This document shows, piece after piece, positions 12,765-24,989 of a stretch of 64,000 bases of DNA. Made by a program: the position numbers and the translations under genes. The notes beneath the pieces are model-generated. The model saw only the letters and a program-made list of their open reading frames with translations. It did no database searches and was not told the DNA's origin. Position 1 is the first letter of the stretch, and each line of letters opens with the position of its first letter. The stretch spans positions 26,166,001 through 26,230,000 of the forward strand of contig NC_086097.1 in the NCBI RefSeq assembly GCF_963921235.1, read 5' to 3'. The stretch comes from Mobula hypostoma. Taxonomy: Eukaryota.

Positions 12765-13070
12765 AAGATTAAAGATTATCTTTATTTATCACATTTACAT
12801 CAAGCATACAGCGAAGTGCATCACTTGCATCAATGACCAACACAGTACGCGGATGGCTGGGGGCAGCCCGCAAGTGTCGCCATGGTGCTGGCGCCAACAT
12901 AGCAGGCCCACAACCCACCAATCATAATCCGTACATCTTTGCAATGTGGGAGGAAACTGGAGCACTCAGAAGAAACCCACCTAGTCAGGAGGAGAACATA
13001 CAAGCTCCATGCAGACAGCAGTGGGAATCAAAACCCTGATCACCAGTGCTGTAAAGCATTATGTTAACTG
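12765..13070 (-). mobile_element. V-SINE/HE1-like tRNA-derived SINE
   Basis: Minus strand carries the core GGGTTTCTTCTGAGTGCTCCAGTTTCCTCCCACATT and the AATAAAGATAATCTTT tail shared with other copies. Confidence 0.7.
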
Positions 13071-13171
13071 TACAGATAGGCACTTGATGGTCGGCATATA
13101 CTGTATATAGTGTACTGAAGGGGCTGGCTCTGGGCTATCTGAGTCTATGACACATAACTAATATTGTTCCT

Positions 13172-13285
13172 TTGCAGTGTCAATCTAAATTTCAGTATTC
13201 TTTCCTTGAACGTAGACTAAGGAAGCAGGGAGTGTTGTTGTCGCTATGCTCCAGTCAGAACTCCACAAGACTGAAATGAGAGGAT
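13172..13285 (-). repeat. Isolated fragment of the same Gypsy LTR family
   Basis: Aligns with 6135-6240 and 11075-11185 (GCAG..TCAATCTAAATT...GCTATGCT..AGTCA...GAAATGAGAGG). Confidence 0.75.
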
Positions 13286-13419
13286 AGGAGCACAGTGATA
13301 CAGTGAATCAGCGTACTGTCAACTCACATTGCTAAAAGCCCAATTCATTTTCCACATTTGGAGTGCTCACTATTCCCATCATAAAATGTGTTCATACAAG
13401 CTGGCAAAGCACATAAACT

Positions 13420-13518
13420 GAGTAATACACACAAAATGTTGGAGGAACTCAGCAGGCCAGGCAGCATCTATGGAAAAGAGTACAGTCGACATTTCAGGCC
13501 GAGTCCCTTCATCAGGAC
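13420..13518 (-). mobile_element. Solo Penelope terminal-repeat fragment starting at the hammerhead motif
   Basis: Homologous to 21946-22046; ACATAAAC at 13411 and 13517 may be a TSD. Confidence 0.75.
13485..13518 (-). ncRNA. Minimal type I hammerhead ribozyme motif
   Basis: Minus strand reads GTC-CTGATGA-AGGGACTCGGCCT-GAAA-TG-TC-GAC. Confidence 0.72.
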
Positions 13519-14941
13519 ATAAACGAAGTTCAGTATACAGTAACACTTGCAAAAGGCCTTGTTACTGAGGTAAAGCAAAACCTTCTGCTTAATTAAAACT
13601 GAGGAAGTTTCCAGAAAGAACAATGGTCATAAGCCACTAACAAAGCACAGTTCCAAATAAAGAGAGCAAAATCCTTCCAGCTCCCACACTGCTTCTATCA
13701 CCTGAGGAGGAATGTGGGGGAACTGCTTCATTCAGAGGGTGGTGCGAGTGTGAGGATTGGATAAGTACATGGATGGGAAGGGTATGGAGGGCCATGGTCT
13801 GGGCAGAATAATAGTTCAGCATGGGCTAGATGGACTGAAGGTCCTGTCTGAGTGTTGTAGCGCTCTATGACTTGGAAATTATTCACTAACCTAAAGACTT
13901 GATGTTCTTGAAAATGCAACATCAGTGATGTGTTCATTCAGAACACTCATTTGGCTCTCACTCCAGTCTATACATATTGTTCAAGACATAAAATATGAAC
14001 GTTCTTACTGTTGAAACTATGTATTAATGCCCTCATTATATTCAATCATATGTTGTGGCTTCAGCTAGTTTAATGTTGCTTTACAATCTGACAGGTTGTT
14101 GCATTTTCTGATACATAACAAACAACTATCACACTTCTGTAAGAGGCTGAAATTGTGTTTTCAGTTTGTAACCTCTGAAATCTGAAGAAGCCAAGCCTAT
14201 GATTAAACAAGAATATTTCAATTGTACTTTTGACTCCTTCTTTAAAGCCATAAACCAGCATCTTACCTGCCCCTCCACAATTAGACTTTGATCCAGAAGC
14301 CATACTGACCACTTATATTTACTGTTTGCCTGAAGTTCAAGTCTCCATGGCAATAGAAAAGAATTCCCATCAAGGGAAAAAAACAAAAGCATAATATTGG
14401 GTGAGACAGACTGCTTAGTATATTGACTAAATTTCCCACCAACACTGCTGGCTGCAAGCCACTCCACTTTGTCTCTGCACTATTCAGTTGGACCATTAGG
14501 AGCAATTAGCAACCATGATAGAATTGTGGGCCTCATTACTATCGTTATTATCTTAACATTAGCATGCTACGGGATAACTGCATGGTCATAATCACAAAAC
14601 TCAGAGGGGAAGTACATAGGTTTAATGGCACTCTTACTATGAATTACTTACTATTTCTGCTCATATTAAGTCTTATAACAAGTAGTTGTAAGACTCTTCC
14701 TTGCTGATTAACAGGGCGACATTTGAAAAATGGCTTGAAAATAGGGATTAATGTCTTACTTTCCATTCCCCAATTGATCTGACATATGATCAAAACATTC
14801 TTACAATGCCTAGCTCTAGATTGCTACCAACTGACAACGCTATTTGCAAAGTAATTAGGAGCCAAACTTTATTCAACTTAACAAATTTTGAAAACAGAAC
14901 TTTAATTCAGTTGGACCGTTAGGAGCAATTAGCAACCATGA

Positions 14942-16200
14942 AAGTAAAGTTCAAAGTAAATTTATTACTGAAGTACATATATGTCACCATATACTACCCT
15001 GAGATTTGTTTTCTTGTGGGCATACTCAGTAATTCCAAGAACCATAATGGAATCAGTGAAAGACTGCACCCAACAGGGTGGACAAACAAACAATAAACTC
15101 TGCAAATACAAATGCAGAATCAGAATCAGTTTTAATATCACTGGCATATGTTGTGAGATTTTTGTATTATGCTGCAGCAGCACAGTGCAATACATAGTAA
15201 TAAAACTGTAAATTACTGCAAGAAGTATACATATATCTAAAAAGTTAAATAGGTAGTGCAAAAAGAAAAAAAAATGATGTATTAAGGTAGTGTTCATGGT
15301 TTCAATGTACATTCAGAAACCAGATGGCAGAGGGGAAGAAGCTATTCCTTCCTGATGGTAGCAATGGGAAGAGGGCATGTTGAGGGTGAAGGATGTCCTT
15401 AATGATGGATGCCACTTTTTTGAGGCATTGCTACTTGAAGGTGTCATGGATAATGGAGCTGGCTGAGGTTGTAGCTTTCTGCAGCTTATTTCGATCCTGT
15501 GCTGTGGCCCCCCTCCAATACTAGATGGTGATGCATCCAGTCAGAATGCTCTTCGTGGTACATCTGTAGAAATTTGCAAGTGTCTATGGTGATGTACCAA
15601 ATCCCCTCAAACTCCTAATGAAATATAGCTGCTGTCGTGCCTTCTTTGTAACTGTATTGCTATGTCAGGATAGATCCTCAGAGATGATGAAACCCAGGAA
15701 CTTGAAATTGCTCAGCCTTTCCACTTCTGATCCATAGATGACAACTGGAATGTGTTCCCTCGTCTTACCCTTTCTAAAGTCCAAAATCAATTCTATGGTC
15801 TTACTGACACTGAGTGCACGGTTTGTGTTGTGACACCACTCAAACAGCTGATCTATCAAAAAGAAATAATAATAATAATAAACAAATAAGCAATAAATAT
15901 CAATAACATGAGATGAAGAGTCCTTGAAAGTGAATCCATAGGTTGTGAGAATGGTTCAGTGATGGGGCAAGTGAATTCGCATGAAGTTATCCCCACAGGT
16001 TCAAGAGCCTGATGGTTGAGGGGTGATAACTGTTCTTGAACCTGGTTGCAAGAGTCCTGAGGCTCCTGTACCTTCTTCCCGATGGAAGAAGCAAGGTGAG
16101 AGCATGACCTGGGTGGTGGGGGTCCGAGATGATGGATGCTGCTTTCCTGTGACAGCGCTCATTGTAGATGTGCTTTACCCATAATGGACTGGGCTGTATC
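14942..16200 (-). mobile_element. Nested Rex1-type LINEs (15117-15860 inside another Rex1 3' end)
   Basis: KTIELILDFRKGK...FKFLGFIISEDLS; tails (CTTTGAA)n and (TTCTGA)n. Confidence 0.75.
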
Positions 16201-16339
16201 CGCTACTTAGCCACTACAGTTAACCAAGAGAAAACCTTCTTCCTCTCCTGATGTCAAGATGTGCAGTAGAGAAGTTCATTTCATATTTTTCTGAGGAATT
16301 CCTCAACTAAGGTGTCTTAAATATTTTGAGACAGTCTTA

Positions 16340-16765
16340 TTGACTGCAAGAAACTGCAGAAAGTTGCTGACACCGCTCAACACATCACAGAAACCAGTCT
16401 CTACTCCACAAACTCTGTGTCTACTTCTCATTGCCTCAGTAGTCAGCAGCGTTAAAAACCCTACCCATCGCAGACATTCCCTCCTCTCCCCACTCCCATC
16501 AAGCAGAAGATATGAAAGCACATACCACCAGGCTCAAGGACAGCTTCTATCCCGCTGTTATAACACCATTGAATGGTCCTCTGGTATGATAAGATGGGAT
16601 CTTAACCTTACAATCTATATCGTTATGACCTTGCACCTTTCTGTCTGCATTGTACTTTCTCTGTACTGTAACACTTTACTCTGCACTCTGTTATTGTTTT
16701 ACTTTGTACCACCTGAGTGCATAGTTATATGAATAGCAAGCAAGACAGGTTTTTCACTGCACCTC
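16340..16765 (+). mobile_element. Rex1-type LINE 3' fragment
   Basis: HSLLSPLPSSRRY peptide followed by LINE 3' UTR. Confidence 0.7.
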
Positions 16766-17918
16766 AATATACACTCAGTGGCTAATTTATTGGATTCACC
16801 TGTACACCTTGTTAATATAAATATCGAATCAGCCAATCATGTGGCAGAACTCAATGCATAAAAGCATCCAGACATGGTCAAGAGGTTTACTTGTTGTCTT
16901 GTTGTTTGGACCAAATATCAGAATGGGAAAGATATGTGATCTCAGAGACTTTGACCCTGGAATGTTTGTTGGTGCCGTGGAAAGATTGTTGGTGGTTTGA
17001 GTATCTCAGGAACAGCTGATGGAAGCTGCAGAAAGACGTAAACTCAGCCAGCTCCATCATGGGCACCAGCCTCCCAGCATGGAGGACAACTTCAAAAGAT
17101 GATGCCTCAAAAAGGTGGCAACCCCATCATTAAGGACTCCCATCACCCAGAACATTCCTTCTTCTCATTGCTACCATCAAGGAGAAGGCACAAGAGCATG
17201 AAGACACATACTCAACATTTCAGGAATAGCTTCCACCATCAGATTTCTGAATGGACAATAAACCCAACCTCACTAATTTTTGCTCCTTTTTTTTTGCCCT
17301 CTTTTGCACTACTGATTTAATTTAAATTTTTGTACATACAGTGGATTCCTTTTATTTGGGACACATCGGGAACAGTACATTTTGGCTCAATTAAGCGGCT
17401 GCTCCTATTAGCCGAAATTTCATGGAAACATTTAAAAGGGTATAAAAAAGACAAACTACCATTTAGGGTGAATAACAAATTATGTTTTTAAATGAAATAC
17501 AGAACAAATTAAGACACCAGCGATACAACTACAGTACTATAAAACTGTGTATTGGCTCCCAATAGTTATCGATGGAGGAATTCATCCAGTGTATGTGGCT
17601 GTGTGCTTTCAATTGACTGTAAATGAATCCTCCGTCCTGATCAAAAAGGCACAGCAGCGCCTTTATTTCCTGCGGAGCAGCAAGAAAGCTCACCTCTGTC
17701 CCAGGATACTGACGGACTTTTACCGCTGTGCCATTGAGAGCATACTCACCAACTGCATCCCAGTGTGGTATGGTAATTGTCCCGTATCAGACCACAAAGC
17801 ACTGCAGCGTATGGTGAAAACTGCCCAGCAGATTATCGGCACCCAATTGCCCACCATTGAGAACATCTACCATAAACGCTGCCTAGGCAGGGCGAAAAGC
17901 ATTATCAAGGATGCATCT

Positions 17919-18453
17919 GAGCACTGGATCCCCACAAAAGAGGAGAGTGGTAGTGATAGGGGACTCGATAGTTAGAGGTGCAGATAGGAGGTTCTGTGGT
18001 TGTGACAGAGAATCCAGGATGGTTTGTTGCCTCCCAGGTGCCAGGGTCAAGGATGTCTCTGATCGGTTGCATGACATTCTGAAGTGGGAGGGTGATCAGC
18101 CAGATGTCACGGTGCACATCAGTACCAATGACGTAGTAAGGAAGAGTGAGGAGGTCCTGGAGAGTGAGTATAGAGAGCTTGGTAGGAAGTTGCAAAGCAG
18201 GACCTCAAGGGTGGTAATCTCAGGATTGCTACCTGTGCTACGTGCCAGTGAGGGTAGGAATAGGATGCTCTGGAGGATGAACAAGTGGCTGAGGAACTGG
18301 TGTAGGGGGCAGGGTTTCAGATTTCAGGATCATTGGGACCTCTTCTGGGGCAGGTGGGACCTGTACAAAAGAGATGGGTTACACTTGAACCACAGGGGGA
18401 CCAATATCCTTTCAGGGAGGTTTGTTAGTGCTATTGGGGAAGCTTTAAACTAG
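17919..18453 (+). pseudogene. CR1 ORF1 C-terminal SGNH/GDSL esterase domain (5'-truncated)
   Basis: VVVIGDSIVRG (block I), CLPGARV, HISTND, RDGLHLN (DxxH). Confidence 0.88.
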
Positions 18454-18455
18454 AC

Positions 18456-21380
18456 TTGCAGGGGGATGGGAACCAGAGTGCCAGAGCTGACAGTGTGGCT
18501 GGGGTGAAAATAAATTATGTTAAAAGTTCAAGCAAATCTGCTAATAGAAAGGTTGTGAGTGGTGGTAAAAATCTTCTGAGGTGTATATATTTCAATGCTG
18601 GGAGTATTGCGGGGAAGGTGGATGAGTTGAGGGTGTGGATTGACACGTGGAATTATGACGTTATAGCAATTAGTGAAACTTGGCTACAGGAGGGGCAGGA
18701 CTGGCAGCTTAATATTCTAGGGTTCCGATGTTTCAGATGTGATCAAGGCAGAGGAATGAAAGGTGGGGGAGTAGCATTGCTTGTTAGGGAAAATATTACA
18801 GCAGTGCTCAGGCAGGACAGATTAGGGGGCTTGTCTACTGAGTCCTTATGGGTGGAGCTGAGAAACAGGAAAGGTATGGCCACATTAGTGGGATTGTATT
18901 ACAGACCACCCAATAGTCAACGAGAATTGGAAGAGCAAATCTGCAGAGAGATAGCAGGCAACTGCAGGAAACATAAAGTTGTGGTGGTAGGGGATTTTAA
19001 TTTTCCATATATTGATTGGGACTCCCATACTGTTAGGGGTCTAGATGGTTTAGAGTTTGTAAAATGTGTTCAGGAAAGTTTTCTAAATCAATATATAGAG
19101 GGACCAACTAGAGGGGATGCAATATTGGATCTCCTGTTAGGAAACGAGTTAGGACAAGTGACAGAAGTCTGTGTAGGGGAGCACTTTGGTTCCAGTGATC
19201 ATAACGCCATTAGTTTCAACTTGATCATGGACAAGGATAGATCTGGTCCTAGGGTTGAAGTTCTGAACTGGAAGAAGGCCAAATATGAAGAAATTAGAAA
19301 GGATCTAAAAAGCGTGGATTGGGACAGGTTGTTCTCTGGCAAGGATGTGATCGGTAGGTGGGAAGCCTTCAAAGGAGAAATTTTGAGAGTGCAGAGTTTG
19401 TATGTTCCTGTCAGGATTAAAGGCAAAGTGAATAGGAATAAGGAACCTTGGTTCTCAAGGGATATTGCAACTCTGATAAAGAAGAAGAGGGAGTTGTATG
19501 ACGTGTATAGGAAACAGGGAGTATATAAGGTACTTGAGGAGTATAAGAAGTGCAAGAAAATACTTAAGAAAGAAATCAGGAGGGCTAAAAGAAGACATGA
19601 GGTTGCCTTAGCAGTCAAAGTGAAGGATAATCCAAAGAGCTTTTACAGGTATATTAGGAGCAAAAGGATTGTAAGGGATAAAATTGGTCCTCTTGAAGAT
19701 CAGAGTCGTTGGCTATGGGCGGAACCAAAGGAAATGGGGGAGATCTTAAATAGGTTTTTTGCGTCTGTATTTACTAAGGAAACTGGCATGAAGTCTATGG
19801 AATTAAGGGAAACAAGTAGTGAGATCATGGAAACTGTACAGATTGAAAAGGAGGAGGTGCTTGTTGTCTTGAGGAAAATTAAAGTGGATAAATCCCCGAG
19901 ACCTGACAGGGTGTTCCCTCGGACCTTGAAGGAGACTAGTGTTGAAATTGCAGGGGCCCTGGCAGAAATATTTAAAATGTCGCTGTCTACAGGTGAGGTG
20001 CCGGAGGATTGGAGAGTGGCTCATGTTGTTCCGTTGTTTAAAAAAGGATCGAAAAGTAATCCGGGAAATTATAGGCTGGTAAGTTTAATATCGGTAGTAG
20101 GTAAGTTATTGGAGGGAGTACTAAGAGACAGAATCTACAAGCATTTGGATAGACAGGGACTTATTAGGGAGAGGCAACATGGCTTTTTGCGTGGTAGGTC
20201 ATGTTTGACCAATCTATTGTAGTTTTTCGAGGAGGTTACCAGGAAAGTGGATGAAGGGAAAGCAGTGGATATTGTCTACATGGACCTCAGTAAGGCCTTT
20301 GACAAGGTCCCACATGGGAGGTTAGTTAGGAAAATTCAGTTGCTAGGTATACATGGAGAGGTGGTAAATTGGATTAGATATTGGCTCAATGGAAGAAGCC
20401 AAAGAGTGGTAGTAGAGAATTGCTTCTCCGAGTGGAGGCCTGTGACTAGTGGTGTGCCACAGGGATCAGTGCTGGGTCCATTGTTATTTGTCATCTATAT
20501 CAATGATCTGGATGATAATGTGGTAAATTGGATCAGCAAATTTGCTGATGATACAAAGACTGGAGGTGTAGTGGACAGTGAGGAAGGTTTTCAGAGCCTG
20601 CAGAGGGACTTGGACCAGCTGGAAGCATGGGCTGAAAAATGGCAGATGGAGTTTAATACAGACAAGTATGAGGTATTGCACGTTGGAAGGACAAACCAAG
20701 GTAGAACATACAAGGTAAATGGTAGGGCACTGAAGAGTGCAGTGGAACAGAGGGATCTGAGAATACAGATACAAAGTTCCCTAAGAGTGTCGTCACAGGT
20801 AGATAGGGTCGTAAAGAGAGCTTTTGGTACATTGGCCTTTATTAATCGTAGTTGAGTATAAGAGCTGGAATGTTATGATGAGGTTGTATAAGGCATTGGT
20901 GAGGCCGAATCTGGAGTATTGTGTTCAGTTTTGGTACCAAATTACAGGAAGGATATAAATAAGGTTGAAAGAGTGCAGAGAAGGTTTACAAGGATGTTGC
21001 CGGGACTTGAGAAACTCAGTTACAGAGAAAGGTTGAATAGGTTAGGACTTTATTCCCTGGAGCGTAGAAGAATGAGGGGAGATTTGATAGAGGTATATAA
21101 AATTATGATGGGTATAGATAGAGTGAATGCAAGCAGGCTTTTTCCACTGAGGCAAGGGGAGAAAAAAACCAGAGGACATGGGTTAAGGGTGAGGGGGGAA
21201 AAGTTTAAAGGGAACATTGCGGGGGCTTCTTCACACAGAGAGTGGTGGGAGTATGGAATGAGCTGCCAGACGAGGTGGTAAATGCGGGTTCTTTTTTAAC
21301 ATTTAAGAATAAATTGGACAGATACATGGATGGGAGGTGTATGGATGGATATGGTCTGTGTGCAGGTCAGTGGGACTAGG
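18456..21380 (+). pseudogene. CR1 ORF2 APE endonuclease + reverse transcriptase with few lesions
   Basis: IAISETWL, YYRPP, VGDFNFP, SSDHNAI (EN); QHGFLRGRSCLTNL, SKAFDKV, GVPQGSVLGP, KFADD (RT). In-frame TAG at 20220-20222; frameshifts near 20850, 20935 and 21220. Confidence 0.92.
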
Positions 21381-22010
21381 CAGAAAATGGTTCGGCACAA
21401 CCAAGAAGGGCCAAAAGGCCTGGTTCTGTGCTGTAGTTTTTCTATGGTTTCTATGGTTTCTAAGGCTGTGTGCTTAGCCCATTGCTGTTTACACTGCTAA
21501 CACATGACTGTGCAGCCAGATTCAAGGGGAACCTGATCGTTAAATTTGCAGATGATACCACAGTGGTGGGGCTCATCAGCAAAAATGATGAAACAATGTA
21601 CAGGGAGGAGGTCAAACACCTAGAGAGCTGGTGTAGGGATAACAACTTGATGCTTAATGTCACCAAAACCAAGGAGATGATCGTTGATTTCAGACGGTAT
21701 CAGCCTGAGCACACACCCCTCAGCATCAGCGGCTCCACAATGGAGAGAGTGGAAAACATCGTTCCTTGGGGTGCAGATCTCGGACAATCTCACCTGGTCC
21801 AGGAACACCACTTTGGGATTGTGAAACGGGCCCAGCAGAGATTGCACTTTCTGAGGAAGCTTAAACAAGCATCACTCCCCACTAACATCTTAGCTACATT
21901 CTACAGAGACAAAAACAACAGGAATTCTGCAGATGCTGGAAATTCAAGCAACACACATCAAAGTTGCTGGTGAACGCAGCAGGCCGGGCAGCATCTCTAG
22001 GAAGAGGTAC

Positions 22011-22046
22011 AGTCGACGTTTCAGGCCGAGACCCTTCGTCAGGACT
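22011..22046 (-). ncRNA. Minimal type I hammerhead ribozyme, consensus-intact
   Basis: Minus strand AGTC-CTGACGA-AGGGTCTCGGCCT-GAAA-CG-TC-GACT: full core, stems I and II, GUC triplet, palindromic minimal helix III (ACGT). Confidence 0.82.
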
Positions 22047-22393
22047 AACTGAAGGAAGAGTTAGTAAGAGATTTGAAAGTGGGAGGGGGAGGGGGAGATC
22101 CAAAATGATAGGAGAAGACAGGAGGGGGAGGGATGGAGCCAGGAGCTGGACAGATGATTGGCAAAGGGGATATGAGAGGATCATGAGACAGGAGGCCCGG
22201 GGAGAAAGACAAGGTTCCCCCCCGCCCCCGTCTTTCTCCCCGGGACTCCTGTCGCATGATCCTCTCATATCCCCTTTGCCAATCACCTGTCCAGCTCTTG
22301 GCTCCATCCCTCCCCCTCCTGTCTTCTCCTATCATTTTGGATCTCCCCCTCCCCCTCCCACTTTCAAATCTCTTACTAACTCTTCCTTCAGTT

Positions 22394-22429
22394 AGTCCTG
22401 ACGAAGGGTCTCGGCCTGAAATGTCGACT
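22394..22429 (+). ncRNA. Minimal type I hammerhead ribozyme motif
   Basis: AGTC-CTGACGA-AGGGTCTCGGCCT-GAAA-TG-TC-GACT. Confidence 0.78.
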
Positions 22430-24172
22430 GTACCTCTTCCTAGAGATGCTGCCTGGCCTGCTGCGTTCACCAGCAACTTTTATGTGTGTTGCTTACATTC
22501 TACAGAGGCGTGGTTGAGAGTGTGCTGATCTTTTGCATCACAGCCTGGCACTCCAGCTGCAGTGCTGTCGACAAAAATGCCTTGCAGAGTGTGGTTAGGG
22601 GAGCAGAGAAGGTTATTAGGGTCTCCCTACCTTCTGTCCAAGACCTCTTTCAGAGTCGATGCCTCCAGAAGACACAGTACATCATTAAAGACCCCTCACA
22701 CCCTCTCCATGAACTGTTTGTTCTTCTGCCATCAAGCAAACGTTACAGGAGCATCAAAACTAAAACCACAGGGCTACTAAACAGCTTCATCCCACAGGCA
22801 GTCAGACTGCTAAATAGCTGCTCTACCTGACTCTGCTTTGGACACTTTTAACTTGCACTGGACACTTATAACTTGATTTTAACTGACATGTGACTGTTGT
22901 GTTTTACTATTTATTGTTATGTTTATTAATTAGTGTTGCGTTTGTTATGTTATGATTGCACTGCTCCTGAGAAACGCTGTCTCATTCTGCCCTGCAGAAC
23001 TGATGTACGGTTAGAATGACAATGAAGTTTTTTGAATCTTGAATCTCACCTTAACCATGGACTTTTTACTCTCCTCCCATCCGGTAGGTGCTACAGGAGC
23101 CTCCGCTCCCACACCAGCAGGCACAGGAAGAGCTTCTTCCCTGAGGCTGTGACCCTGCTGAACCTCTCATCACAGCACAGCGCTAAGCAGTATTGCATCC
23201 GTATTGTACTGTCTCAGTACTTTTATATTTGTGTGCTGTAGCACTTTTTATTCGCAGTTATTTGTAAATAACTCTATTCTTTTTATTTCCAGTCAGATGC
23301 TAAATGCATTTCATTGGCTTTGTATCTGTACTCGGCACAATGACAATAAAGTTGAATCTAATTAAACTAATCTGAAATCATGCAGACACTGATGCTGATA
23401 ACAAACTGCCTTCGTACAATGCTTTCAATGATTGCATCCTCCAAATCTTCAATTTCATTGTAACGTTCAAGATGATTGTTAATACCTTCAAATTCTTTGT
23501 AGTATCTAACTTGTTGAAGTAGTAAAGTCATTTGATTTTCACTCATGGCTGTTTTGGGCATCTCCAAGCCTGAATGCTTGAAACTACAATAAGCAAAACA
23601 GTTCTAAATTGTTTTACTGCGACTCCTTGCCAACTACTGTTGATAAAAATTGCTGCTTTTTGAATACAAACTCACACAACTGATGCTATTTAAAAACTGT
23701 TCGCTCGAAGCACAGTGTTTGCGGCTGACGCAAGTTAGAAACTGGTAACAGTCTCCTTTTCCAATTAAGCGCCATAATGTCCCAAATAACTGAACAGAAT
23801 CCCAGATATTTTCTTAATTAGTTTTTGTTCTTTAAGTGTTGTCCTAAATATGCAGCTACCCCAATTAACCAGTGGCTCAATTAACTGGAATCCACAGTAT
23901 TTCTTATTGTAATTTTTGGATTTTTATTATTATGTGTTGCAATGTACTGCTACAGCAAACCAACAATTTTCACAGCCTACTGTATGACAGTGATACTAAA
24001 CCTGATTCTGAGTGTGATTTTCAACAGTCTCTAGAGTTTATAGAGAATGGAAAAACAAAAAAAATCCTGTGAGTGAAAATGTCTTGTTAATGAGATAGGT
24101 TAGATTAATAAGAAGGCATATGGTGTGTAGGCCTTCATCAACCATCGGATTGAGTTCGAGCCAAGAGGTAAT

Positions 24173-24877
24173 GAATTGAATTGACTTTATTTCTTACCTC
24201 CTTCACATACATGAGGAGTAAAAATCTTTATGTTACGTCACCTAAATGTGCCATGTGCAATCAGAGTAATTTAGAATACTTTATAATAAATAAGTAAAAC
24301 AGTCAATGTAATATAGAGTACACTCAAATCAGCATGAGTTCATCAGTCTGATGGCCTGGTGGAAGAAGCTGTCCCAGAGCCTGTTGGTCCTGGCTTTTAT
24401 GCTGTGGTACCAGTACCGCTTCCTGGATGGTAGCAGCTGGAATAGATTGTGGTTGGAATGCCTTGGGTGCCAGTGATCCTATGGGCCCTTTTTACACACC
24501 TGTCCTTGTAAATGTCCTGAGTTATGGGAAGCTCACGACTACAGATGTGCTGGGTTGTCCGCAATACTCTCTGCAGAGTCCTGCGATTGAGGGAAGTACA
24601 GTTCCCATACCAGGCAGTAATGCAGCCAGTCAGGATGCTCTCAACTGTGCCCCTGTAGAAAGTTCTTAGGATTTGGGGGCCCATACCAAACCTCCTCAAC
24701 CGTCTGAGGTGAAAGAGGTGCTGTTGTGACCACGTGATGTTCTCGGTGATGTGAATGCCAAGGAACTTGAAGACGTTTACCCTCTCAACCCCAGATCCAT
24801 TGATGTCAATAGGGGTTAGCCCATCTCCATTCCTCCTGTAATCCACAACCAGCCCCTTTGTTTTTGCGACATTGAGA
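24173..24877 (-). mobile_element. Rex1/Babar LINE 3' fragment
   Basis: ORF 24397-24846; same subfamily as 11350-12070 with (TCAAT)n tail. Confidence 0.85.
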
Positions 24878-24989
24878 GGTTACAGCTCTATAAGATCTTA
24901 GTTAGATCCCATGGAGTACTGTGTTCACTTCTGGTCACCTCACTATAGGAAGAATGTGAATACTATAGAGAGAGTGCAAAGGAGACTTA

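Larger units (their letters stand above)
17919..21462 (+). mobile_element. Young, nearly full-length CR1 LINE
   Basis: ORF1 esterase part, ORF2 EN+RT, 3' UTR and (TTTCTATGG)n tail at 21439-21462. Confidence 0.95.
21909..22493. mobile_element. ORF-less fold-back Penelope terminal-repeat unit with 14-bp TSD
   Basis: Arms 21946-22210 and 22230-22494 are reverse complements (about 7 mismatches by eye). TACATTCTACAGAG at 21895-21908 and 22494-22507. Confidence 0.9.
21463..23046 (+). mobile_element. Rex1 LINE 'B', 5'-truncated, interrupted by a Penelope fold-back unit
   Basis: LSPLLFTLLTHDC...KFADDTT...TFYR | GVVESVL...SFIPQAVRLLNS; (GAATCTT)n tail. Confidence 0.88.
17626..23367 (+). mobile_element. 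Rex1 LINE 'A' 3' fragment split into 17626-17918 and 23047-23367
   Basis: KKAQQRLYFLR...RAKSIIKDAS continues after the insertion as HLNHGLFTLLPSGR...SFFPEAVTLLN. Confidence 0.85.
17339..23897. mobile_element. TcMar Tigger/pogo-like non-autonomous DNA transposon, expanded by nested LINEs
   Basis: TA-CAGTGGATTCC (17339) ... GGAATCCACAG-TA (23897); subterminal CAATTAA repeats; transposase-like acidic tail ORF 23367-23567 on minus. Confidence 0.75.

Noticed and set aside
19199..20774. Hydrophobic minus-strand ORFs
   Set aside because: Antisense shadows of the purine-rich CR1 ORF2.
21894..22528. Near-identical 143-aa ORFs on both strands
   Set aside because: Artefact of the fold-back repeat; low complexity and no recognisable domain.
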